Positions 52,101-60,411 of a DNA stretch of 64,000 bases are shown piece after piece. Each line of letters starts with the position of its first letter. The stretch's first letter is position 1. The notes below the pieces were generated by a model. It ran no database searches. It saw nothing but the letters and a program-made list of their open reading frames with translations, and was not told the origin of the DNA. Source of the stretch: Nibricoccus sp. (GTDB taxonomy: Bacteria > Verrucomicrobiota > Verrucomicrobiia > Opitutales > Opitutaceae); the NCBI GenBank assembly GCA_047602425.1, contig JASGHG010000001.1:288001-352000 (forward strand). The letters run 5' to 3'. Position numbers and translations under genes: made by a program.

Positions 52101-52875
52101 CTATCCAGAGGTTGTAGGCCTCAAGATTCGTGAAGCCGGATCCACTGGCCACGCCCTGTGCAGCGTCCGCAGGATTGTATGGGTCCAGACCGTATTGCTG
52201 CTCCCAACCATTGGGAATGCCATCGCCGTCCTGATCGCGATTGGGATCCAAGGTGAACGTCACCACATAGGTTGCAGACCAGGCGGAGTCGGCATAGTTG
52301 CCAGAGGCCAACCGCATCACCCTGAAAATCACAGTGCCAGCACGAGAAACGGTGATGCGACCATCGCTCGTCACAGAGGCACCCAACGCGCTTCCGCCAC
52401 CTACCAATTGGAAAACATAAGCCCCGCTTCCCGAGCCTCCTGTGGCCACAGCCTGAAAAGTATCGCCTACAAAGGCCGAACCATCAGCACTGCCAACGGA
52501 GTCTTGATAGGACTGGGGTTGCGTAATCGCAGTCGAAGCAACAATTGAATTATCCATTCTTGAACCACCCATAGGCGTGGTTGCCCAGCCCTCCGCACGA
52601 AAGTTTACGGTCTGCACACCGTTATCTGTACTCGTATAACTGGTAGCCACTGTATAGCTACCCAAAGCACCTCCACGACCATACGACGCGACCTGAGCGC
52701 CATTCTTGTAAATATAGACATAGGCGGCAACACATGATGTATTTGTTTGGGATGCGGCCAATGTATAACTTTGCCCAGAGGTGGCAGAGGCTGGAGGTGG
52801 CGTTGTCCAGCTTACGTTCGCCGCAACGTCAAATGCTGCGAATACAGTAACAATCAAAGTAATTATCTTTTTCAT
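46105..52875 (-). CDS. RHS/YD-repeat polymorphic toxin with Sec signal peptide
   Basis: MKKIITLIVTVFAAFDVAA leader, many YD repeats, core YYGMRYYQPNLGRFINRDP...DLLGM, variable AT-rich tip. Confidence 0.93.
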   Translation of the reverse strand: MKKIITLIVTVFAAFDVAANVSWTTPPPASATSGQSYTLAASQTNTSCVAAYVYIYKNGAQVASYGRGGALGSYTVATSYTSTDNGVQTVNFRAEGWATTPMGGSRMDNSIVASTAITQPQSYQDSVGSADGSAFVGDTFQAVATGGSGSGAYVFQLVGGGSALGASVTSDGRITVSRAGTVIFRVMRLASGNYADSAWSATYVVTFTLDPNRDQDGDGIPNGWEQQYGLDPYNPADAAQGVASGSGFTNLEAYNLWIDPTWSYSDQQQRIRGSLSQLKLEFQPIGGGEITVTRNGGSTTIPNYTGDCIYVDVKDDTEEQATITATAPDYLIVARPDPLNPRITRKNILLNDQYVDTITKQEVEAAGNILKIRTSFASELPFGAVDTSRLEKDQMIQFGLGCDRAGRPVGTLTFNAGNYWDIDSCKAALVSLYPGPANQGVWSSGQLRTQLKGPAGYVDVQRSRYSYTIKFYAPGSYPQSGSLLDFSSATPLSVYQFDVSMPALTPLASNDQLLEGQPQTFNRGNALAVTMTRTTGGDTKILEFRTDWYQYKGPENSMSMDGGVTYYPFYAVYTYAVHRQWPARSVSAAKGGLTKLSYASRYHYWRNGPLTKAVTFTHKYQHAGSDDAGAILYREDLAYNEGDEKLYNSPMSQTIGAGADQHPGYGRGIDTEGNVIASIPSGGRIITDYFRVLREGGNNLGGQPWNAMGLERQTRSSFLDNAVNQSTDLISSYTYSPDLIDGKTVRISDTVTSGSTVIGQSVFSYQMDALNGRSIVVKTTNTYTASGSSLSTITKTYSARLADTDFRDRLASTTRPDGTKTSFAYQRGTLSGSTWIADESGPHLLIAQLDGKVGSSVGSYSGAIIDSLDLDPYKSSVTERIVDSADRVLRESSYVYTGGSSFPELSSVYYRYDDLGNLTCKADRADWTGRIFYEAGFTGFRKDWEKDESGITRSYTYDDYDRVYTMTRASASEGANIVQATTTTYLYDPAGRLKTETVSGVGTGETLVTSYDYDTAGRITRRVLPGNLTTSVAYPSATSLVTTLPGDGVKTETVYADGRPKSVSGPAVPDTSYTYSYDSSTGNLTTTQATAGQTITTVADWLNRTLSVSTPTWGNGTRVVTNEYNATTGQLQRQTTTSDGLTVAPAHIFNYDAFGRLFREGFTTNSAYTLGLNLSADYGIKEYETGYQTGAPNGHGSNWYQYARVKVYPYDGSTSTVARYASQSYTQVSGLGASMVAHIVAIDFDHNLTDSFTYANRANKRLETVATSTGTNQAMRQISINGLPVSATNAQGQTTLQAYDALGRLQASSDPRIGTTSYTYRNGSALAETITTPDLHATTLGYDSAGRVTSRSDQTGKAAYFRFDEAGNQTHQWGDTVNPVRFEYNELGQKTKMHTYRSGTWTGSTLPSGFGGDGDVTTWNYQAATGLLQSKVDAANRSTSYTYNAMGQIATRTDARNVLTSYNYTPLNLLWTVTYNDGLTANLTYTYDRAGRTKTVTDVAGQRSLDYYDTSTDPGDEGDLLNKSARLKNENLPAFLGSHTLNYNYQYGVSGRLNGATSGLKLDSGILYNVGYGYDAVLRLNTISYNNLIPFTYTYTNNSNLVATIEQLTGGSSWNYSRDYTYRSDSNRIDTIAQAWGIANPVSTRVGYFGLDGVGQANSYGLRATEKTTGGAYANLLGLSGGWGSYTNYSYTDRQELGASGKYQLNTDGSAGGAQAGAARSYGFDAMGNRTADQNGSYTPNALNQYEATPFAGAISYDANGNLTNDGMRGFAYDAENRLIAVTQGSSVWNYKYDYLGRRVEKSGTGIATTRYIYDGWNLIAELDSNGTLTRRFAWGPDVSGTAQGAGGVGGLLLIDAYLGGNSQYYPFYDASHNVLGLYDGSGSVAAAYQYDPFGNLQSAAGSYSTANPFRSATKYTDDETGLIYYGMRYYQPNLGRFINRDPAEEQGGINLYAFCGNDGVNRYDLLGMVGADVGMQAQYQKINEGKSSDPTPPLPPPPPKPEDEEIYEVQGKDGTIHPIRRPKEVVTASKNDSDVKAYEASQAAAANWSNEQALKNNAPNSEPRPEPFRQIRDCSIAGCMPLSIREVLRWVTGIDPGNLEAEIAKEDGDEGRDWNLEYKGMDASETLLAPVMRRHGAQLNVITGSTIEEFVDKIGESPVSTVIKYEYNREANWPSNYHAITVRLDKDSGKYVMTNTGYLGDVVALGKSELLGHFKLDWRGRNDQEFSRSAYINQTMTIYQGTPFKGYIGYGATKL

Positions 52876-52887
52876 GACAGATCTCCG

Positions 52888-53961
52888 TTATAAACCCAGC
52901 CGGGATAGTTTCGCTTCGATATTCTCCAATCCACGGACGTCGTGGATTGTGCCATCGGTCGCGGTCAAATAAACAGCTGGTGCCTCGACCGCTCCGAGTC
53001 GGTCAGCCAAATCACCCTCCAAGCCCCCGCAAACATAGATCAGCCGCCCGGGCAATTTGTGTTCTGTGCCGGCTGACTTGGCTCTATTTAAATCGGAGTC
53101 GATGCAGATCCCGATTACATTCGCTTTCTCCAGATTTCGTGCAGCCAGCATCTCGGCGAACCTTACGCTGTCGGGATTCCAAGTTGCCCAGAAATAAATT
53201 ACCCCCGGTTTACCCTCCTGCCATTTTATCTCCGTTTCGCCTAAAACCGATCCACTCACCAGTCCGGTGATGGTTTGTCCAACCAAGGTATGTCGAGTAA
53301 CCAAACGCCTTGCCTGTTTGCGAACAATTTCTGGTCCTGCGGAGCCTGCAACCTCGCGCGCAATCGCAAGAGCGCTGGCAGATTCTCGCTGCATCGATTG
53401 GGTGAGCAGCGAAATATAGCCCTGGGGTTGATCTGGGAATTCCTCTATCAATCGACGTGCTACTTGCTCATATTCACGCACCAAGTCTGCTTCCGATCGG
53501 ATACGATCTCTCGCCATTTGGAATTCGTAAGTTCCGGCGACGATGGCTCGCTGCGAGGAAGGAATCGAAACATCGCCACGAAACTCCTTTACCGCGGCTT
53601 GCATACGCAAATCGGAAGATTTTTGTCCTTCAGCGACTGCATCAAGGAGAAGCAATGCCTCCAATTTGCGCGCTTCTACAGCCTGACAATGCTTTTTGTG
53701 CGTTAGGTAAAATGACCTTGCACGGTCTGCTTTGACGAGAATCGCCAGGGAATCGCTTTGAGGTTGCTGCAAAAAAGATCGAAGGTGCCTCCATGAGGAA
53801 TCCGCATCTTCAATGTCACGCGATGATGGTGGAGTGACCACATTCTGATTGCTCAGATAATCAATGGTGCTGATGGCAGCGTTTCCCTCAGCACAAACAA
53901 CGGGAAGGGCCAATATCGGAGCGCACAGGCAAAGGACAAGGATACGCAGATGCGTTCTCAT
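52888..53961 (-). CDS. Exported protein with C-terminal TlpA/redoxin-like fold lacking CxxC
   Basis: VIYFWATWNPDS, VIGICID, LGAVEAPAVYL...DG; start could be 53997. Confidence 0.7.
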   Translation of the reverse strand: MRTHLRILVLCLCAPILALPVVCAEGNAAISTIDYLSNQNVVTPPSSRDIEDADSSWRHLRSFLQQPQSDSLAILVKADRARSFYLTHKKHCQAVEARKLEALLLLDAVAEGQKSSDLRMQAAVKEFRGDVSIPSSQRAIVAGTYEFQMARDRIRSEADLVREYEQVARRLIEEFPDQPQGYISLLTQSMQRESASALAIAREVAGSAGPEIVRKQARRLVTRHTLVGQTITGLVSGSVLGETEIKWQEGKPGVIYFWATWNPDSVRFAEMLAARNLEKANVIGICIDSDLNRAKSAGTEHKLPGRLIYVCGGLEGDLADRLGAVEAPAVYLTATDGTIHDVRGLENIEAKLSRLGL

Positions 53962-54217
53962 AGAGAAAATGAGGCTTTTGTTAATGATGCAGTCCATATC
54001 CTACCCCACCGCGCCAAGTCACCCGCCAAGGGTCTCCCGCGTGAAAAAAGTCGATTGCTGGATTGCTTCGAAAGCACCGAACCAACTGCTTGAAGTCAAT
54101 ATCTTTCTTCCGATTTCGTGATAACGATTTTTTCGCCGACTTGGTGACGGCAAATTTTAGTGCACTTGAGAGAAAAAACCCGGCAGAGTTTTTTAGACTC
54201 TGCCGGGTATTTATGGA

Positions 54218-54577
54218 TCAGCTTTTGGTTTCGGCTGCTTTCCTTGAGCCAGCCTTTTTACGATCACTACTGCGCACGCCGCCGGCTTGCTCGTACTGTG
54301 TCGAGTCGGGGCCGTAGACTGCGCGGAAACCGCTGCGAACTCGCGTGATCATCGTGCGCAACACGGATGCCGCGGCGTCACGCTGATTAGCCAGATCGAT
54401 CATCTCGAGGCGCTTGGCCTCTACTTGTTCGCTCAACTTCACAGCTTTGCTCTGTGACTCGACAAACTGGGGCAATGTCATGTCACCGAGTGAAAAACCC
54501 GGATTGGCTGCCCAAGTATCGGCGTTTTTCTGAGCATCGATGTTCATGCGGCTAATGGTGGTAGGTCCTGCCTTCAT
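54218..54577 (-). CDS. Small helical hypothetical protein
   Basis: Coiled-coil followed by VYGPDSTQYEQAGGVRSSDRK. Confidence 0.75.
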   Translation of the reverse strand: MKAGPTTISRMNIDAQKNADTWAANPGFSLGDMTLPQFVESQSKAVKLSEQVEAKRLEMIDLANQRDAAASVLRTMITRVRSGFRAVYGPDSTQYEQAGGVRSSDRKKAGSRKAAETKS

Positions 54578-55490
54578 AGTATTTTGTATTTATTTCGAGT
54601 GAACCGTGTTTGATGGAAGCAGCGCCCTGGTTCAGGAGCGCAGGCTTGTGGTTGACAGGTCGGTGTCACGAGACTGGCAATTTGTGCGCTAGAATCGTTT
54701 CCACGACCTGAAATTTAGCTATGTTTGTTGGTTTTAATGAAAATTGCCCGCATGCGACCGGTTCTCGTGACAGAAGATGAGGCCTGCTGGTAAAACGACA
54801 GCCTAACTTCATATGAGCGCGTCACGGCGCAAGGGCGTGGTCGTCCCATCCAGTCCAAACCATATGAGTACGTTGGCGTGCTTTGTGGCTCCGCGGGATT
54901 CAGAGACGGAGGAATCCAGTTACTCGATGGTCTTTTTTACTCAATTCATGCTCCGCTCGACAGATGAGCGTCTCCACTTATGTTGTAGCGTGCTCCACTT
55001 GGCTTCGGTGACGTCTTCTCATCTTTGAGCAAGGCGTGATTCTAGTTCGTTGGCGTGCGTTTTGGAGACGCTCGCGAGCGCAATGACTTCGTTCGTGCGC
55101 GTACCGAATTGTTTCCTGCCCCTACTAAATTGGAAAAGGGTCCCGCCCGCTTCGTTTGTAGGTCGCCCGAAGAGGAGAACGCTTGCTTCAAAAGACAAAC
55201 CCTTTCGCAAGCGTACTGCATTCCCCGGACAATCTGTTTTGTATTTTCAAACCTTCAAAGAACGATGTCGGAGGTTCTTGTGAGGTTATATATATGCTAG
55301 AGCCATCGGAGCTCGGATCATATTGATCCACTAAAAAAGAACCTTCGACACCTTCTATTTTATGAATTTGTCGTGCGATGTTACAAAACACCCCAAACCA
55401 TTAGCCAACGCCACATTGTGAATGAGGATTCTTAATCCTCTTCGACCTTCGAAGCTCGATGCAACTCAAAGGCGATAGCACGCCCTTCGC

Positions 55491-57275
55491 CTACCAACCG
55501 CGGATCGAAATGAGGATCTCGGCGCCTTCGACGCCTGGGGCAGCGTGGATTTCGCCGCCGTGCAGGCGGATGATTTCCTTGGCGATAAATACGCCAATGC
55601 GGCCGTGGCTGGGGATGTCGCCTGGTTCGGGCAAGGGCAACACGCCTTCGAGTTCCATCTTCTCGCCGTTGATTGCCACCACCGCAGTAAGGTGTTCGCC
55701 CTCGCCCGCAGCGCGCAATTGAACCGTCAGTCCGCGTTTGCCGAACTCGGGGCGATTTTCGATCACGCTTTCGAGGATGGCTTGGACCGCAAATTCGATC
55801 AGTACGGGCACTACGCTCAACGCGAGTTCCTGTGCGCCGACCTCGACGGCGATCTCCATTTTTTCGCCAAGCTCCGTCAAAACACCGCGTAAATCAGCGG
55901 GCTCGGGATCGACTTCGCGGAAGGTCGGGATCGAGGCCAGGTGGCGATTGATGGTTTCGAGATTGGCGATATCGCGTTTGATGGCCGCGAGCAGAACCGG
56001 CGAGTTTGTCTCTGCGCCCGGGTTATGGCGCAGCGCGATAAGCGAGACGAGAGAGTTGCCCAGCTCGTGATTGAGCGTGAGCGCGAGATCGTGGAGCAGC
56101 GCCAGGCGGTCGAGGCGTTCGCGATGGCTGCGTTCGTGCAGTTCGGCACTGGCATCCTCCCAGCAGACCCAGATGCTGCCGGTTTCGGCGATGAGACCGG
56201 CGCTGATACGATACGGCTGGTTCGGTGCGGGCAGGATCCGCTTGGTCTCGTGGGACTGTCTCACTTCGCCAGCCACTGTGCGCACGATCAACGGGAGCTC
56301 GCGCGAAGGTAGTTCGTCGGAATCGAGGATGAGGAATTTCGGGAAATATTTTTCACCGCTGCGCCAGCGCGCCTGTTGCCGAACCAATTGGTCGACCTCG
56401 CCGGTGCGCTGCATGAACTGCCGGAGAATTCGCGCAAATACGATTAATCGCGCGCGGTCCGCACTGTCGTACGGCAAGCCATCATCCCGCACGCCGAGCG
56501 CGATCAGCCCTTCGATGCGGCCGTTGTCATGCACGGGCACGATGAGACGCGCCGACCAGAGCATCAGACGGTGGCGCACCGCCATTTCAGCCATGGGATC
56601 GGGCGAGCCGGGCCATTCGGCTCCGTCGAGGATCGCGGGATGTTTTGCGAGATAGGCCAGTAGCGGATCGTTCGACGGACAAACGTACGCTCCACGATCC
56701 GATTTTAAAACGTCACCCTCGGGCAGGAAGAAGAGCACGTAGGAAGCGTGCAGCAATTGTTTCGCCGCCCGGCGAAATTCCGCCAGCAACGGTTCGCGCG
56801 CTCCGATGTGTTCAGCTGCGGCTTCGAGAAAATCCCAGACGTGAACAGCCTCGCCCGTTCCGCCCGCAACTTTCATCGGCGGGCGCGAACCTTCGTTGCG
56901 ACGGGCTTTTTCGGCGAGTACCTCGACCGCGGCGGAACGCTCGGCGATTTCCTCAACCAACGGCAAGAACTCGCGCAAACGGCTGCGACTTTCCTCGTAA
57001 CTGAGATAGATGCGCGCCCTTCCGCTTTTGCGGGCATGTTCGAAGGGCAGGCTTCCCGGTTCGCCCACGAAAATGGTCGGACACTTTTCCAGCCCGACAG
57101 GCAGCTTCGCTTCACATGATGCATCGAGCACCACCACCACCGGCACGCCCGGCGGCAAAGGCGTCGGCAGAAAGGATTCCTTCAAAGTCGCGACCGACCG
57201 TCCAGCCGCGACCAAGCCCCACCACGTGCGTAGTAGGTCAGAATCCTCGGTTGCTAGGAAGTGGGTCGCGGACAT
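55491..57275 (-). CDS. GAF-containing degenerate histidine-kinase-like protein
   Basis: LNHELGNSL H-box-like, IAKEIIRLHGGEI tail, no clear N/G1 boxes. Confidence 0.7.
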   Translation of the reverse strand: MSATHFLATEDSDLLRTWWGLVAAGRSVATLKESFLPTPLPPGVPVVVVLDASCEAKLPVGLEKCPTIFVGEPGSLPFEHARKSGRARIYLSYEESRSRLREFLPLVEEIAERSAAVEVLAEKARRNEGSRPPMKVAGGTGEAVHVWDFLEAAAEHIGAREPLLAEFRRAAKQLLHASYVLFFLPEGDVLKSDRGAYVCPSNDPLLAYLAKHPAILDGAEWPGSPDPMAEMAVRHRLMLWSARLIVPVHDNGRIEGLIALGVRDDGLPYDSADRARLIVFARILRQFMQRTGEVDQLVRQQARWRSGEKYFPKFLILDSDELPSRELPLIVRTVAGEVRQSHETKRILPAPNQPYRISAGLIAETGSIWVCWEDASAELHERSHRERLDRLALLHDLALTLNHELGNSLVSLIALRHNPGAETNSPVLLAAIKRDIANLETINRHLASIPTFREVDPEPADLRGVLTELGEKMEIAVEVGAQELALSVVPVLIEFAVQAILESVIENRPEFGKRGLTVQLRAAGEGEHLTAVVAINGEKMELEGVLPLPEPGDIPSHGRIGVFIAKEIIRLHGGEIHAAPGVEGAEILISIRGW

Positions 57276-59218
57276 GGAAGCGTAATGCGGAAGGTCGCTC
57301 CGCGCCCCTGGACGGGCGGATCGACCGTGATGCTCGCATGAAGACTAGACAGGATGTCTTTGCAAATTGCTAGCCCTAAGCCGAACCCGCTGGATTTAGT
57401 AGATTGGAAGGGTTGGAACAGTCGCCCATAAACCTCGGGTGATATCCCCGGCCCACTGTCTTCCACCGTAACCTCCACAGTATCAATATTTTTTGTCGTC
57501 CTCAGTTTAATCCAACGGTCGTTCTTCGTTTGTTCGACGGCTTGGATCGCGTTAAAGGTTAAATTCAGTATAACCTGTTTTACTGCATTTGGATCTGTCA
57601 TTACAACGTCAGAAGCTGCCATGAAATCCTGATTTAGCTTCACCGCGCGATCACTGGCCTTCGCGGCCACCAGATCGACGCAGGAACTTAGCAGGTGATG
57701 CAATTTAACTGCTTTAACCGAGTAGACGCGGGGCGCCGAAAGATCGAGTAATTGCTCCGTCAACCGGTCGATCCGACCGACTTCGTCGCCGATCAAACGG
57801 AAAAACTTTTCGCGGAAGGCCGCATCTTGATGGTTCTCCGGCAGGAGTTGGACAAAGGTTTTGATCGTCACCAGCGGGTTGCGGATTTCGTGGGCGATGC
57901 TGGCGCCGAGCATACCGACGGTGGCGAGTTGTTCGGCATGTTGCGTCTGCTTAAGATAGCGCGCACGAGAAAGGGCATTTTCCATCGTCGTCGCCACCTC
58001 GCTCAATCGCGTGATCAACGGATAAGTGTATGGTTTCCGCGTGCGCGTCGGCCCAAGGGCCACGACGAACGACAGCGTTGGACCCGGATTCGCCACCAGC
58101 ACGGCAAACTGATGCTCGCGCATAAATTCCTTCAAGGTCCCGGCTCCCGCCAAACCGGTTTTGCGTTCGAGCCGCTCCGGTGTGACCCAATGCAAAGCGT
58201 GCAAAGCCACGAGCGCCGGGTGATCAGAGGGAAAGTCGAGCCCTCCCCCAGCCAGTCGACTTTGCGAACCCATCAGCAAAACCGCGCGGTCCGTCAGCAT
58301 GCGCTCCTTCAAAGCCGCCACAAAAGCGTCCTCGAGCGCCTCCGGCCTCAATTCCCGCCCGGTGATGGCCAGAATGGCCTTGCGGAGCTGCGACTGCCTC
58401 GATTTTTGCCGAATCACGCTCCTGAGCCAAGGATGCAGTTCGGCGGCAAACCACAATCCAGTCGATACCGACAATACATAGGCCGTGCCCACATGCATGA
58501 ACAACACCGCCAGTTGTTGCACGCTCCACACAAACATCACCACCAGCGCGACCATCGCCAGCCGCTCCACCACCGAGGACAAAATGTGCCGGGCGTCCAA
58601 GACCTTGCTCGAGGTCAACGCCCAGGTCGTGGCAATACAAAGCGTCAGCACCAGCAAGGGCATGAGTTCGAGGATCACGGGTGCTTCAAACCATGCGCCC
58701 GCCGCGATCAAACCGAGGGCCATGGCCGTACCTGAACCGACGCCCAGGTGTAAAATCTGAAACTCCATCCGTCGGACGCCGCTCAGGTCCTTGAGCCGGC
58801 TCAACGCCACTCCAATTTGCAACCCTCCACCCAACGCGCAGGCCAGAAGAAACAGACCCCGTTGTTCAGCCGTCGCGTCGAGCAGGCAGGCCCAGGCGCC
58901 CATCGCGACAAAAAAAGCCAGCCAGCCACGTCCGACGCGAAGGAAAGACCTCCAGTCGACGACGCCCTTCAGCACCACCTCTTGCAGCAGAGCCGCATGC
59001 GCCGGCATCGCCACCATCAAGATGGCCGCGACCCGCAACCAGCCCATTGACACCAAACCGTCCCGGCTCAACAGGAAAAGCGAAAACAGCCAACACCCCA
59101 CATGACCGCAGGCGAAAAACAACGCGCGATTCAGCATTCGCCCTGGATTTGTCCACATGGCCACCACGCCGGTGATGATCGCTGCGATTGCCGCCCAAAG
59201 TGCCGTGTTGAAAGTCAT
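57254..59218 (-). CDS. Membrane sensor histidine kinase (PrsK-like multi-TM)
   Basis: Multiple TMs, AHEIRNPL, NLTFNAIQA, DSGPG, GFGLGL. Confidence 0.9.
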   Translation of the reverse strand: MTFNTALWAAIAAIITGVVAMWTNPGRMLNRALFFACGHVGCWLFSLFLLSRDGLVSMGWLRVAAILMVAMPAHAALLQEVVLKGVVDWRSFLRVGRGWLAFFVAMGAWACLLDATAEQRGLFLLACALGGGLQIGVALSRLKDLSGVRRMEFQILHLGVGSGTAMALGLIAAGAWFEAPVILELMPLLVLTLCIATTWALTSSKVLDARHILSSVVERLAMVALVVMFVWSVQQLAVLFMHVGTAYVLSVSTGLWFAAELHPWLRSVIRQKSRQSQLRKAILAITGRELRPEALEDAFVAALKERMLTDRAVLLMGSQSRLAGGGLDFPSDHPALVALHALHWVTPERLERKTGLAGAGTLKEFMREHQFAVLVANPGPTLSFVVALGPTRTRKPYTYPLITRLSEVATTMENALSRARYLKQTQHAEQLATVGMLGASIAHEIRNPLVTIKTFVQLLPENHQDAAFREKFFRLIGDEVGRIDRLTEQLLDLSAPRVYSVKAVKLHHLLSSCVDLVAAKASDRAVKLNQDFMAASDVVMTDPNAVKQVILNLTFNAIQAVEQTKNDRWIKLRTTKNIDTVEVTVEDSGPGISPEVYGRLFQPFQSTKSSGFGLGLAICKDILSSLHASITVDPPVQGRGATFRITLPCPRPTS

Positions 59219-60372
59219 GGTGTAAGCAAAAGACAGGAAACGGCTCCGTTGGGATCTCGCGTGGATAGCAACGTCGCGCGCGAGCCCAACTGGCGGACGG
59301 TCGGACTAAGATTCAAAGGGCAGGACGGATCGGGATGACGCCAGTTCACAGTGGGAGCGATCAGGGAGTGTTTCATGCCGAGGGCCGCACATCCAAGTTG
59401 AATCGCACCCGCGCCGCCAAGTGCATTCCCGACCGCTCCTTGAATAGCCGCGACCGGCATTGCAGCCAGATGAGAGCCAAAAACGCCTTTCAAGCCCTGC
59501 GTTTCGGCACGATCCAGGGCCTTCTGTCCCACGCCGTCGGCATAGAGACAATCGACATCAACCGGTCGCAACCGGGCATTGCCCAACGCGAGTCGCGCGG
59601 CTTCGCCGAAGCCGGACCACGATGCCGAACTTTTATCAATCGCCACGCCCACACCCGCCACCCGCGCAATACGTGGGCGGGAACTGCTTTCCGGCTCCAA
59701 CACGAACATGCATCCACCTTCGCCGGCCAAACCTGCGCCGCGCCAAAGATCGAAGGGACGGCAATGCAATTGCGGTTCATCCGCATGCCCGGCCGACAAA
59801 CCCAGGCTGCGCATTTCCTCCAGAATTACCGGTTGAAACGGAACGTCCACCCCGCCGCAAATCGCCAGATCGGCCGCACCGCTTGCGACCTGCGCGGCAG
59901 CATGCCCCACCGTCGCAAGTCCGGAAGCAAAATACGCAGGCGCCGTCGGCATGGTCCCGGCTCGAACCCAGCGCGCCACCACCTCCTGCGTGCGGCCTGA
60001 GTTAGGCGAACCATTAGCCACCGGCATAATCCGCCCGCGCTCCGCGGCGGGACTAGCCAATACGACGAGCGGTTTCCGAGCGCGCACCTCCGCCAGGGCC
60101 AGACCCGCATCCCGCAGCGCCAGCATGGTCGCCGCCAGCGCGAACTGCACATGGCGCGTGCTGTTTAGATAAACCGCATCCACTGCATGCGCCCCAAGGC
60201 GAAAGTCCGGCACCAACGCGGCAGCTACTGCGCGCGCTTCGCGGCCTTCGCCGATCCGCGTGGCAACGGCGCGCGGCTTGTTTTGAAATATGCCGCGAAG
60301 AAAGGCCTCGTGGCCCGTGCCGGCGGGCGTGACCGGACCTATTCCCGTGATGTTGACCCGGCGCTGAATCAT
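59215..60372 (-). CDS. Beta-ketoacyl synthase-like protein, catalytic residues substituted
   Basis: VNITGIGPVTPAG, RPFD, GEGGCMFVLE, IAPTVN. Confidence 0.85.
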   Translation of the reverse strand: MIQRRVNITGIGPVTPAGTGHEAFLRGIFQNKPRAVATRIGEGREARAVAAALVPDFRLGAHAVDAVYLNSTRHVQFALAATMLALRDAGLALAEVRARKPLVVLASPAAERGRIMPVANGSPNSGRTQEVVARWVRAGTMPTAPAYFASGLATVGHAAAQVASGAADLAICGGVDVPFQPVILEEMRSLGLSAGHADEPQLHCRPFDLWRGAGLAGEGGCMFVLEPESSSRPRIARVAGVGVAIDKSSASWSGFGEAARLALGNARLRPVDVDCLYADGVGQKALDRAETQGLKGVFGSHLAAMPVAAIQGAVGNALGGAGAIQLGCAALGMKHSLIAPTVNWRHPDPSCPLNLSPTVRQLGSRATLLSTRDPNGAVSCLLLTP

Positions 60373-60411
60373 CCGAGTGCGCGTTATTTTGTCCTTGGCC
60401 GTCGGTTTTTG

